DNA from: an uncultured Candidatus Binatia bacterium
GTDB taxonomy: Bacteria > Desulfobacterota > Binatia > UBA9968 > JAJDTQ01
Assembly (NCBI GenBank): GCA_965215605.1
Contig: CBDCDX010000001.1
Span: 1-50,301 of the forward strand
Direction of reading: 5' to 3'
Length of the DNA: 50,301 nt
Under the pieces are notes generated by a model. The model was not told where the DNA came from. It saw nothing but the letters and a program-made list of their open reading frames with translations, and did not search any database. Positions 1 through 8,879 of this stretch are shown piece by piece (positions within the stretch are counted from its first letter, which is position 1; every line of letters starts with the position of its first letter). The translations under genes were made by a program, and so were the position numbers.

Positions 1-212
1 CTCCGCCGGTCATTCCTGCCCGAGGACAAGAGTTTTGCGCTGTGGCCCGGGTCGTGAGTGGGTGCGGAGTCGGTGATTCGTGGGGTAGTTCGCCGGTGGG
101 GTGTGGGTGAGCCGGGCGCCGCGGAGTGGGCGGCGTCTCTGAAATCAGAAGACGCTCCTGCGGGGGTGTGCATCGTGCACCGCTCAGGCCAAAGGGTGGA
201 TCGGGGCGGTGG

Positions 213-324
213 CTAGTGTGGTGTCTGGTTAATTCGCGTCATAATGTGCGGAGAATTTTTTGTTGTCGGCAAGGCGCGATGACGACCAGTGGCGGTTACC
301 ACGCGAGGAAGAGCAACGCAGCCG
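213..324. mobile_element. Truncated MITE, family A (one end plus most of the body)
   Basis: Starts CTAGTGTGGTGTCTGGTTAATTCGCGTCATAAT and aligns with few mismatches to the reverse complement of 13120-13284 up to GCAACGCAGCCG; the second end is missing. Confidence 0.85.
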
Positions 325-331
325 GTGGACG

Positions 332-961
332 TCAGGCGGCGGCGCTGGGGCGTTGGCTGACGCGGTGGTGCCAGTCGGCGGCGCGGTGGCACTCGGGAGG
401 CAGGGTCATCTTGATCCAGCCGGCGAAGTCCACGGCCACCTGCGCGGTGATGTCGGCGATGGTGTAACGTTCGCCGGTGACGAAAGGGCCGTGGGCGAGT
501 TGCCTGTCCAGGGCGGCGAAGAAGCGCTCGACGCGGGCGCGGCCGCGTGACACGAGCTCGGGGATCTGTTCGGCGCCGTCCGGGCCGGTGAGGGCGCGCC
601 CCTTGAGCCCTCGGGCCTGGTTCCTGAACGCTTCGGTGACGGCGAGGAAGCCGTCGATCTCGAAGCGGTGTTCCCACATGGCCACCTGCGCGCGGTCGCG
701 CGCGTCCACGCCCATGAGCGGCGGCTCAGGGTGAACTTCCTCCAGATAGCGGCACACGGCGACGGCTTCGCTGACGGTGGCGCCGTCGTCGAGTTCCAGG
801 ACGGGGACCGTGCACCAGGGGTTGAGCCTGCGGAACGGTTCCGTGAGGTGCTCGCCGTTGCGCAGGTCCACCTCGACGGCGGGAATGTCCAGGCCCTTTT
901 CGGCGATGAAGATGCGCACGCGGCGCGGGCTCGGAGCGGAGCGGCAGTCGTGAAATTTCAT
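332..961 (-). CDS. Glutathione S-transferase family protein
   Basis: SPRRVRIFIAEKG, NPWCTVPVLELDDG, SEAVAVCRYLEE and YTIADIT GST motifs. Confidence 0.93.
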   Translation of the reverse strand: MKFHDCRSAPSPRRVRIFIAEKGLDIPAVEVDLRNGEHLTEPFRRLNPWCTVPVLELDDGATVSEAVAVCRYLEEVHPEPPLMGVDARDRAQVAMWEHRFEIDGFLAVTEAFRNQARGLKGRALTGPDGAEQIPELVSRGRARVERFFAALDRQLAHGPFVTGERYTIADITAQVAVDFAGWIKMTLPPECHRAADWHHRVSQRPSAAA

Positions 962-968
962 CGGATCC

Positions 969-2270
969 TCATGCCGGACTACGGGTGGAAATACCGTACT
1001 GCCGGAGGGTGGTCGCCATGGTCGGGCGGCCGAGCCGGATGCGGCCGTCGTTCAAGAGATACGAAAACAGGTACCCGGCGCCAAGCATCAGGATGCCGAT
1101 GAGGAAACAGTACATGACCGCGCGATCCGGGTAGGAGTCCTTGAGGTAGCCCACGTAGAGGGGTCCGCAGATGCCCGCGGCGGCCCAGGCGGTAAGCACG
1201 AAGCCGTACATTCTGGACATTTTCTCGGCCCCGAAGACATCGAGGACATAGGGCGGCATGATGGCGAAGCCGCCGCCGAAGCAGAGCAGAACGTAGCAGA
1301 CCAACGCCGAAAAGACCCACGGGTTCTCTTCGGTCATGAGGACCCCGAACACGACCATCTGGCTGGCCAGCAGGATGCGGAACACGTGGACCCGTCCGAT
1401 GCGATCAGACAGGAGTCCCCAGAACAGTCGCCCCACCCCGTTGCACACGGAACTGGCGGCGATGAGCGTGGCGCCGTACTCTGCCAGCACGACCGGCTCG
1501 AGGGTGGGGTCGGCGATGCCCCAGACCTCCTGCAGGAGTTCCGACTGGAAACTGATGACGGAGATGCCGGCGGCGATGTTGAAGAAGAATACGGTCCACA
1601 TGATGAGGAACTGGGTGGACGTGAGGTAGGGCAGGGTCGTCGCGGGTTCGTCCGAATCCAAGCGGCTGGCGAAGCTGCCCGGGGCACGGATCGGTGGTAC
1701 GGGGTTGCTCAGGGCGAGGCTGCAAGGCAGCAGGATGCAGGCGAACAGGATTCCCAGCCACAGGAAGACCAGGGCCAGGTCGCCCTCGGTGCGCAACACC
1801 AGGAAGGGAGCCAGCCCCTTGCTCAGGAGCAGCGCGCCGATGCCGAAGCCCATGACGACGATACCGGTCACCAGCCCCCTCTTTTCGGGGAACCACTTGG
1901 CCACCGTGGCCACCGGGGTCACGTAACCCAGTCCGATGCCGGCGCCGCCGATGACGCCGTAACCGAGATAGAACAGCGGCAGGTAGTCGAGCCGGAGCGC
2001 CGCGCTGGCAATGATGTAGCCGCCGGAGAACATCAGGCTGCCGGTGAGCGCCAGACGCCGGGGGCCGAGCCGCCCCAGCGCGGAGCCCGCCCAGGCCGCG
2101 GACGTCCCCAGGGAAAAGATGGCGATGCTGAAGGCCCAGGCGGTTTCGGTGTGGGTCCATCCCGACTGATGCACCAGCATGGTCTGGAAAAAGCTCCAGG
2201 CGTAGACCGTCCCGAAGCATATCTGCAGCAGCGTGCAGAAAAACGCGATGGCGACTCGGTGAATGCGCAT
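969..2270 (-). CDS. MFS transporter, oxalate:formate antiporter (OFA) family
   Basis: About 12 hydrophobic segments; GTVYAWS, GLGYVTPVATVAKWFPEKRGL and GRLFWGLLSDRIGR OFA signatures. Confidence 0.9.
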   Translation of the reverse strand: MRIHRVAIAFFCTLLQICFGTVYAWSFFQTMLVHQSGWTHTETAWAFSIAIFSLGTSAAWAGSALGRLGPRRLALTGSLMFSGGYIIASAALRLDYLPLFYLGYGVIGGAGIGLGYVTPVATVAKWFPEKRGLVTGIVVMGFGIGALLLSKGLAPFLVLRTEGDLALVFLWLGILFACILLPCSLALSNPVPPIRAPGSFASRLDSDEPATTLPYLTSTQFLIMWTVFFFNIAAGISVISFQSELLQEVWGIADPTLEPVVLAEYGATLIAASSVCNGVGRLFWGLLSDRIGRVHVFRILLASQMVVFGVLMTEENPWVFSALVCYVLLCFGGGFAIMPPYVLDVFGAEKMSRMYGFVLTAWAAAGICGPLYVGYLKDSYPDRAVMYCFLIGILMLGAGYLFSYLLNDGRIRLGRPTMATTLRQYGISTRSPA

Positions 2271-2320
2271 ATCCTTGGAAATGCCGGGGCGCCCGGTGGT
2301 CGCCCTTGGGCCGGGCGCCC

Positions 2321-3058
2321 CTACGTGGCGCCTTCCGGCGGCCGCGGTCCAGCGTCGCGTCGCGCCACGTGAAGCAGCAGGCGCGCCAACTCCCCGGCTT
2401 CGTCGTCGCGCGCCAGGACCCGCTCATCCGAGTCCCCGTCCGGGTTCTCTTCCCTGGCCAGTTTCGCGGCGAGGGCCAGGACTTGTCCCAACGGCTTCGC
2501 CGCCAGGTTGATGAACCAGATGGACCCCAGGACGCCGACCACCAGCAGGATGGAGATGAGGTAGACTTGCTGGCCGATGGCGCGCTGAATCTTCAGGCCG
2601 ATGACGTCGAGGTCCATGCCCACGTGCACGGCGCCGGCGTAACCCGCGAGGATCGGACTGGCTACCTCCACGAACTCGCCCATGCCCGGAAGCGTCCGCT
2701 TGACCGTGGCGGTTTCGAACGGGTTGCCTTGCAGGATCTCCTCGGGAATGCCGGGGACGAAGGTGTGGGCGAGGAACTCGCCGCTGTCGCTGGTGATGTA
2801 GACGTAGCGGATGCCCTGGATCTCCGCGAACTGGTCGATGAGCGATTGGAGCGTGGCCAGGTTGCGGTTGAGCAGGATGTCCACGCTGGCGTTGGCGATG
2901 GTCCTGGCAATGTTCCGGCTGTTGATCTCGTATTCCCTCGACAGGTGGGTCTGAACCGTATAGATGGTCAGCGCCGAGGTGGACAGCACGATCATGCCGA
3001 AGAGCCCCAAGATGCCGAACTGCGTCTTCTGAAAGAGCTTCCTGATCTTCATGATCAC
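2321..3058 (-). CDS. Membrane sensor-like protein (TM - extracytoplasmic Cache-like - TM - HAMP) with no output domain
   Basis: Two TM helices flank a ~130-aa domain; HAMP-like KPLGQV...RDDEAGELARL near the C-terminus; start overlaps the upstream stop (ATGA). Confidence 0.75.
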   Translation of the reverse strand: MIMKIRKLFQKTQFGILGLFGMIVLSTSALTIYTVQTHLSREYEINSRNIARTIANASVDILLNRNLATLQSLIDQFAEIQGIRYVYITSDSGEFLAHTFVPGIPEEILQGNPFETATVKRTLPGMGEFVEVASPILAGYAGAVHVGMDLDVIGLKIQRAIGQQVYLISILLVVGVLGSIWFINLAAKPLGQVLALAAKLAREENPDGDSDERVLARDDEAGELARLLLHVARRDAGPRPPEGAT

Positions 3059-4338
3059 CCGAACTTGGCGCGCCAGTCGTCCAGGGTGACGAAGCGGCCG
3101 TTCTCGACGACGGTGTAGTACACCTTTTGCAACCCCTGCCGGCGGTCCGGTCCGAAGGACACCGACTCGCCAATGCCGAGGTCGTAGTCGCGCACCGAGA
3201 ACACGGCTTCCTCCAGGCCGCTTCTGTCCGGCCTGCCCTTGAGGCGGCGGAGTATTTCCACCATCAGCCTGGCGTCCAGGAACCCTTCCAGGCTGACGAA
3301 GCTGTGGGGAAACGGCGTGTACGGCTCCTTCACCAACTCGCCGGGAACCTGGGGGTCGTAACGCGCCATCAGGTCGCGATATTCCCGGACCGCGGGGATG
3401 GATGTGTCCTCGTAGCTGGGCACGACCTGCGAGTTCACGAGGTGGCGGGTGTAGGCATCAGGGTCGTCCTGTCCCTCGGACAGGAGATTGAGCAGATTTT
3501 CGCTGCCGACGAAGGAAAGGTTGGCGATGGGGACGCGCAGGCCCAGATCCACGGCGTCGCGCGCAAACGCGGCGCACGCGGCATACGCGCCCACGCAGAT
3601 CACCGCCTCGGGAGAAGCCTTCTTGAGGATCTCCACCTGTGCCCGCATGCTGCCGGTGAACCGCGTCCCTCGGCGGTACGTGGCCTCGCCGGCCATCTCG
3701 ACGCCGTGCCGGGCCAGGGCCGCCCGTACGCCCGCCCAGCCGCTGCGGCCGTAGGCATCGGCCTGGTAGAACATGGCAATGCGCTGCCGTCCGATACGCA
3801 TGAAGTTTTCCACGAGGCCGGCGGTCTCCTGGCGGTACGAGGCCCGCAGGTTGAAGGCGAAGTCGCCGTAGGGCGGCTCCCGCTGGGGCTGGGCGCCGGT
3901 GAAGGGGAAGAACAGGTACATCCGCTGGGCCTGGAACTTCTTCAGCATCGGCAGCGCGCGGGTGACGGTGGGGGTGCCCACGTAGCCGAAGAGCAGGAAG
4001 ACCTGGTCCTCCAGCATGAGCTTCACGGTGTTCTCGACGCAGGGATCCGGCTGATAGCCATCGTCATAGAGCTTGAGAACGATCTTGCGGCCGTTGACGC
4101 CGCCGTTCTCGTTGACGTGGTTGAAGTAGGACCGAGCGCCGCGATAGAGCTCGGTGCCCAGTCCGCGGGAGGGGCCGGAGAACGCCGCGGACACGCCCAG
4201 GACGATCTCGCCGTCGGGTCCGATGCCTCTCATCGCGGCCGCCCGGGCGTTGGCGTGAAGGGCGTGAAGCCACGGCGGCGCCAGCGCGGCCGCAAGCCCG
4301 GCGCGGACGAAGGTTCTGCGTGTCAGACTGGCTCTCAC
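3055..4338 (-). CDS. LivJ/LivK-like ABC substrate-binding protein with Tat signal
   Basis: Real start is probably GTG at 4338 overlapping the nfo stop (GTGA); TRRTFV twin-arginine motif; NGGVNGRKIVLKLYDDGYQP and GYVGTPT motifs. Confidence 0.88.
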   Translation of the reverse strand: MRASLTRRTFVRAGLAAALAPPWLHALHANARAAAMRGIGPDGEIVLGVSAAFSGPSRGLGTELYRGARSYFNHVNENGGVNGRKIVLKLYDDGYQPDPCVENTVKLMLEDQVFLLFGYVGTPTVTRALPMLKKFQAQRMYLFFPFTGAQPQREPPYGDFAFNLRASYRQETAGLVENFMRIGRQRIAMFYQADAYGRSGWAGVRAALARHGVEMAGEATYRRGTRFTGSMRAQVEILKKASPEAVICVGAYAACAAFARDAVDLGLRVPIANLSFVGSENLLNLLSEGQDDPDAYTRHLVNSQVVPSYEDTSIPAVREYRDLMARYDPQVPGELVKEPYTPFPHSFVSLEGFLDARLMVEILRRLKGRPDRSGLEEAVFSVRDYDLGIGESVSFGPDRRQGLQKVYYTVVENGRFVTLDDWRAKFG

Positions 4339-5228
4339 TTTCCGTCCCGGAAAGACCGCAACAACTCCAGGCTCTCCCGGTCTTCCTTCAGGTCCTTGCC
4401 TTTCGGCGTCTCCAGGCACATGGGCAGGCCGAAGAAGCGCTTGTCGTTCATCAACAGGCGGAACGGCTCCACGTCCAGGTGTCCCTTGCCGATGATCTCG
4501 TGGCGGTCCACCCGGCAGTCGAGCTCCTTCTTGGAGTCGTTCAGATGGAAGGCCGCGAGGAGACCGAGGCCGATGACCTCGTCGAACTCCGTGAAGGTGC
4601 GCTCGTAGCCTTCGCGCGTGCGGATGTCGTATCCGGCGGCGAAGGCGTGCTGGGTGTCGAAGCACACGCGCAGCCGGTCGCTCTCCCTGGCGCTGTCGAT
4701 GATGTCGCGGATGTGTTCGAAGCGGTAGCCCAGGTTGCTGCCCTGGCCGGCGGTGATCTCCAGGGCGACGCGCACGTTGAAACCCTTGCACCGCCGGTGG
4801 ACGGCGTCGAGCGACCGTGCGATGGTGCGCAGGCCCGCGCGCTCGCCCGAGCCCGTGTGGGCGCCGGGATGGGCGATGAGGCAGGGGATGTCCAGGGCCT
4901 CGCAGCGCTCCATCTCGTCCACGAAGGCGGCCACGGACTTCTGCCGCAACTCCCGGTCGGGCGCGCCGAGGTTCAGCAGGTAGGAATCGTGGGCCACCAC
5001 CGCGTGGACCCCGCTGGCCGCATGAGTGTCCTTGAACGTGCGGGCGTCGTCCTCGCTCAAGGGCTTGGCGGCCCATTGCCGCGAGGACTTGGTGAATATC
5101 TGGATGGCTTCGCAGCCCACGCTGTCGCCGGCGCGGAGCGCGTTGTGAACCCCGCCGGCGATGGACATGTGCGCTCCCAGAAGCGGCCGGTCCCTGGGCG
5201 GGGTCTTCTTGCGCGGTGGCGAGGCCAT
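4335..5228 (-). CDS. nfo: Endonuclease IV (AP endonuclease)
   Basis: GAHMSIAGG, HDSYLLNL, HPG, LEITAGQG, CFDTQHAFAAGYD, HLNDSK, DRHE and LETP motifs. Confidence 0.96.
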   Translation of the reverse strand: MASPPRKKTPPRDRPLLGAHMSIAGGVHNALRAGDSVGCEAIQIFTKSSRQWAAKPLSEDDARTFKDTHAASGVHAVVAHDSYLLNLGAPDRELRQKSVAAFVDEMERCEALDIPCLIAHPGAHTGSGERAGLRTIARSLDAVHRRCKGFNVRVALEITAGQGSNLGYRFEHIRDIIDSARESDRLRVCFDTQHAFAAGYDIRTREGYERTFTEFDEVIGLGLLAAFHLNDSKKELDCRVDRHEIIGKGHLDVEPFRLLMNDKRFFGLPMCLETPKGKDLKEDRESLELLRSFRDGK

Positions 5229-5330
5229 GCGGGAAGTCTTACCACAACCCTGCCACTGACTTCATCCGGGAATTTGCCACGCGGAACGTATTGCAGTATG
5301 GCAACACATCGCCCAACAAGGAGGTCCTCC

Positions 5331-5738
5331 ATGGCCAACTGGCTTCTGAAGACCGAGCCCAGCGTCTATTCCTTCGCTGACCTCCAGCAGGACAAGAGCA
5401 CGATCTGGGACGGCATCAAGAACAATCTCGCCCTGAAACACCTTGCCACCGTGAAGAAGGGTGATCGATGCATCATCTATCATACCGGCGGCCAACGGGT
5501 TTGCGTCGGCCTCGGCAAGGCCACCACCGGCGCCTATCCCGACCCCGAGAAGGACGACCCGAAGCTGCTGGTGTTCGACATCAAGGTGGGCAAGGCGCTG
5601 AAACGCGAGGTCTCGCTGGCCGAGATGAAGCTCAATCCCCGGCTCGAGGGCTTTGACCTGTTCCGCTTGGGGCGGCTTTCCTTTGTTCCGGTGAGCGACG
5701 CCCACTACGACGTCATCATGGAGATGGCCAAGGGCTGA
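5331..5738 (+). CDS. EVE domain protein
   Basis: MANWLLKTEPSVYSF, WDGIKN, GDRCIIYHTG, GRLSFVPV; RBS AAGGAGG before ATG 5331. Confidence 0.93.
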   Translation: MANWLLKTEPSVYSFADLQQDKSTIWDGIKNNLALKHLATVKKGDRCIIYHTGGQRVCVGLGKATTGAYPDPEKDDPKLLVFDIKVGKALKREVSLAEMKLNPRLEGFDLFRLGRLSFVPVSDAHYDVIMEMAKG

Positions 5739-5809
5739 GAAGGATGGCGGGCGGGAACGCCGCAGGTGCGCGTGAAGCCCGCCCGCGGGGACCTGAAAGG
5801 AGAGAACCC

Positions 5810-6076
5810 ATGAAAAAGGCAGACTTCCGCCAGTTCTACCGCGACGCCCACGCCGTGGACTCCCTCAGCGAGCGCGAGAAGATATTCCTCGGCCTTGCCG
5901 TGGCCATGACGCGCAACTGCGATCCGTGAGTGGACCGCCGCCTTGCGGACGCAAGGAAAGCGGACATCCCCGAGGAACACCTCGACGCCGCCGTGGACGT
6001 CATCGCCGCCGTGGACGCGGGCATCCTCCAGTCCCTGAACCAGCGCATCAAGCAGCGGCACAAGGAACGGGGATAA
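5810..6076 (+). CDS. AhpD/carboxymuconolactone decarboxylase-like selenoprotein, CxxU (88 aa, Sec at codon 40)
   Basis: RBS AAGGAG; LSEREKIFLGLAVAMTRNCDP-TGA(5927-5929), then the frame stays open for 48 codons (VDRRLADARKADIPEEHLDAAVDVIAAVDAG...) to TAA 6074-6076; hairpin after UGA. Confidence 0.85.
5941..5956 (+). promoter_or_regulatory. Putative bacterial SECIS hairpin
   Basis: CCTTGC-GGAC-GCAAGG perfect 6-bp stem with a G-led apical loop, beginning 11 nt after the in-frame UGA. Confidence 0.75.
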
Positions 6077-6144
6077 CCTGTTCCGCGGGTCGTCGCATGC
6101 TTGAAACCCGCCCTTCGAGGTGGTAAAAGTCGAGGTCCCACAGT

Positions 6145-6221
6145 GGTCGCATAGCTCAGTCGGCTAGAGCGCTTGCCTCACATGCAAGAGGCCGCAGGTT
6201 CGAGTCCTGCTGCGACCACCA
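6145..6221 (+). tRNA. tRNA-Val (anticodon CAC)
   Basis: GGTCGCA/TGCGACC acceptor stem, TAGCTCAG D-arm, CTTGC-CTCACAT-GCAAG anticodon arm, GGTTCGAGTCC T-arm, encoded CCA. Confidence 0.97.
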
Positions 6222-6242
6222 TTCCCCTGCTCCAAACCAGAT

Positions 6243-6299
6243 TGGTTGTCATATGCTTGGTTGGCGACCATGTGGTTGGCAACCATGTGTTGGCATCCC
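6243..6299. repeat. 15-bp degenerate tandem repeat (about 4 units, TGGTTGGCRACCATG)
   Basis: Units start at 6243, 6258, 6273 and 6288; the central units are near-palindromic (TGGTTGGCAACCA). Confidence 0.7.
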
Positions 6300-6440
6300 G
6301 CCAGACGAGGCAATGGCCGGTATTCGACGAACCTTTTCCAGCGTATTGGATGACTGCGGGACCCACGGGAAAACTCCGCCAAGGGCTGCAGGCAAGCTCC
6401 CAGGGTCGAGCGACACGGTACATTCAAGGGAGGGCAGGAC

Positions 6441-7601
6441 ATGAGCACCGATTTGAAGATGTTTCTTTTGACCGCCGACAACCTGGTGCGTTGCCATTGG
6501 GACGGCCGTTCCCGGCAGGTGGAGGTGCTGGATCGGGTGATGGACGGGGAGGTGCTGCGGGAGGTGACGCGGGACGCGGAGGACCCGAACCGGCTCTACG
6601 CGGCCACGGGCACCGAGCTGCACGTGAGCGAGGACGGCGGGGAGACCTGGAAGTGGATTCCCTCCGGCGGCCTGGATTACCGGGACATCTGGACAATGCA
6701 GGCGCATCCCACGCGGTCCGGCGAGGTCTACGTGGGCACGCTGCCCGCGGCGGTGTACGTGAGCGACAACGGCGGACGCTCGTTTCGTGAGTTGTCGGCC
6801 TTCCGCCGGATCGAGGACTACGCCCGCTGGACGTTCCCGCCGCCGCCCCACACGCCGCACATCCGCTGCATCGTGCTGGACAGCCGGGCGCCGGACGAGA
6901 TCATCGTGGGCGTCGAGGAGGGGGGCGTGGTGCGGAGCCGCGACCGGGGCGAGACGTGGGAGGATATCAGCGGGCCGTCGAGCACGGCCGCGTACCCGGA
7001 GCACAACGACCCGGCGGGGGTGCTGCCGTACCAGATGGGCGCCCACGAGGACGGGCGCGTCTATCGCGACGTGCACTGGGTGATGCGCGACCCCGCGAGC
7101 CTCGACACGCTGTACGCCACCACCGGCATCGGCACGTATCGCACCGACGACGGCGGCGCGTATTGGCGCAAGCTGGAATACGATATGGGACGGTCCTACG
7201 CCATTCCCTTCGACATCCATCCCGGCGTGCCGGAGCGTATCTTTCTGGGCGCGGCCGAGAACGGCCCCACCTCCTGGAAGGGCCACCGCACGGTGCGTCC
7301 CGGCCCTTACAACACCGTCCGTTTCAGCCGCGACACCTCGGAGGAACTGGGCGGCGCCAAGGCCGCCATCCTGCGCAGCGACGACCGCGGCGCCACGTGG
7401 CGCAAGCTCGACGGCGGTCTGCCGCGGGGACACGTCCACATGACGAGTTGCGTGGCGGTGCATCCCGCCGATCCCGACACCGTGATCATCGGCTACACCG
7501 ACGGTTCGGTCTACGCCAGCCACGACGCCGGCGAGGCTTGGGAGCGGCTGGAACTGCCGGAGACCCGGCTTTACGGGGTGCGGTTGCTGTCCGCTTCCTG
7601 A
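6441..7601 (+). CDS. BNR/Asp-box repeat beta-propeller protein
   Basis: Repeated SxDxGxTW Asp-boxes (SEDGGETW, SRDRGETW, TDDGGAYW, SDDRGATW, SHDAGEAW). Confidence 0.88.
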   Translation: MSTDLKMFLLTADNLVRCHWDGRSRQVEVLDRVMDGEVLREVTRDAEDPNRLYAATGTELHVSEDGGETWKWIPSGGLDYRDIWTMQAHPTRSGEVYVGTLPAAVYVSDNGGRSFRELSAFRRIEDYARWTFPPPPHTPHIRCIVLDSRAPDEIIVGVEEGGVVRSRDRGETWEDISGPSSTAAYPEHNDPAGVLPYQMGAHEDGRVYRDVHWVMRDPASLDTLYATTGIGTYRTDDGGAYWRKLEYDMGRSYAIPFDIHPGVPERIFLGAAENGPTSWKGHRTVRPGPYNTVRFSRDTSEELGGAKAAILRSDDRGATWRKLDGGLPRGHVHMTSCVAVHPADPDTVIIGYTDGSVYASHDAGEAWERLELPETRLYGVRLLSAS

Positions 7602-7696
7602 GGTAACGCGCGGTGTGTCGGGCGGTGGTTCCGTCCGACACGCCGCATCCCCGCCGGAAAGCCTGCCCGGTTCCAGGCAGGGCGGTCCCGTCCTGC

Positions 7697-7718
7697 CTAG
7701 TGTGGTGTCTGGTTAATT
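7697..7718. mobile_element. Solo family A MITE end
   Basis: CTAGTGTGGTGTCTGGTTAATT, identical to the start of the 213 copy. Confidence 0.8.
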
Positions 7719-7754
7719 CCCTCGATTCGCGCGAAAAACTCGCGCGTCCGCCCA

Positions 7755-8601
7755 TCAGCCCGAACAGAGCGTGTGCGTCACGGTGATGCGCGCGCCGCGA
7801 TGGAACTCCGTCAGAAAGTCGTCCCCATCGGCGTAGCGCCGGTTGGGAACCAAGCCGGGCGGGGAAGCTGAACTCCAGCGGGTCCATCGCGAACGGGTAG
7901 GGATCGAGGACGGCGCGGTGTGCGCCCACGGTATCGATGTGGATGCGCGCCGCCGGGGCGCCCTTCCGCGTGGGCACGTCCACGTCGTTGAGCGTGTCGC
8001 TGGGACCGAGCTTCCGTTTCTTGCTGTTCAGGGGATAGCGGTTGCACACGTACTGGGCGAGCTGGTCGAACACCTCCATGTAATCGTAATTGATCCAGAT
8101 CTGTTCCTCGGAGGTGTAGTCCTTGAACTCCTCGGAATCGGCCAGCTCCGCCGCCAGCCGCTTCCTCAACGCCTCCTGATGGTCGACGTAGGCGCGCACC
8201 CGCGGGTCGGCGGTGCGATCCGGCGGATGGGTGTACTTGCCGTAGCCGGCGTTCATCAGCGCCACGCCGTGCATGGCCATGAGCATGGCCGCGTAGGGGT
8301 CCCGTTGGAGAACGTGGTCCACCGCGTTCTTGTAGAAGTCCAGTCGCAACTGGCCCAGGAACTTGAAGCTGCCGTCATGGTAGTCCATGGGAAAGTTGTC
8401 ATCGTTCAACGTGGACGGCTTCATCTCCCATTCCCACCAGCCGTGGTCATGCTCCTGGGCCGCCAACACAACGGATGCATTCGGCTCCGGGCGATCGAAC
8501 TTCTCGTTGCCCCAGTGGGCCGCAAAGAAGCCCGCGACCCGGGAGTGGTCGAACTGCAACGCCAGCATCAAATGCGTATCATTGTACGGGTTGACCATCA
8601 T
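7755..8601 (-). pseudogene. DUF3891-family protein with a 1-bp frameshift near the 3' end
   Basis: MMVNPY...QFDHSRVAGFFAAHWGN...EHDHGW N-terminus; removing one base at ~7852 gives ...FPARLVPNRRYADGDDFLTEFHRGARITVTHTLCSG-stop (7755), versus a non-protein-like tail otherwise. Confidence 0.7.
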
Positions 8602-8776
8602 GGTGAAAGTTCTCCCTGGCTTCATTCTCCAGAGCCCTTCAGGCGGCGGGGCGTGTTGGACAGTGTATCACCCCAGCCACCCACCGGGCTTTCCCGACGA
8701 GCGTGACGATGGGGCGAACCGATGCGCCGTGAACCGGCATGCCCCCGCCTCCCGCGTGCGGCGTGAAACCCGGGGC

Positions 8777-8806
8777 ATTATAAGATCGCCCCGAAGTCCG
8801 TGTCAA
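8777..8806 (-). promoter_or_regulatory. Consensus sigma70 promoter (TTGACA-N18-TATAAT)
   Basis: Plus strand ATTATA 8777-8782 and TGTCAA 8801-8806. Confidence 0.7.
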
Positions 8807-8850
8807 CGACGAATCTGTTCGGGGAAAGTGACACGGATGCTTCGTACCCG

Positions 8851-8879
8851 TTGACACGTGCTGTTTTGATGCTTACCTT
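8851..8879 (+). promoter_or_regulatory. Putative sigma70 promoter of hsp20 (TTGACA-N17-TACCTT)
   Basis: Perfect -35, 17-nt spacer and TAnnnT -10, about 70 nt upstream of AAGGAGG-ATG. Confidence 0.6.

Noticed and set aside
126-677. ORFs containing LVWCLVN... or ...MTRINQTPH (also 12739..13284, 13120..13458, 20950..21177)
   Set aside because: Translations of non-coding MITE sequence
3055-5738. Apparent long proteins 3055..5076 and 4320..5738 (likewise 10963..12555, 11837..13123, 41965..43431)
   Set aside because: N-terminal extensions overlap other real genes; true starts are marked by RBS or family N-termini further in
6101-6129. tRNA promoter TTGAAA-N17-TAAAAG
   Set aside because: Plausible position, but the -10 lacks the conserved final T; too weak to list as a feature
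6145-6299. tRNA-Val as attL/attR of a prophage or ICE
   Set aside because: No integrase next to it and no duplicated tRNA 3' end noticed in the window
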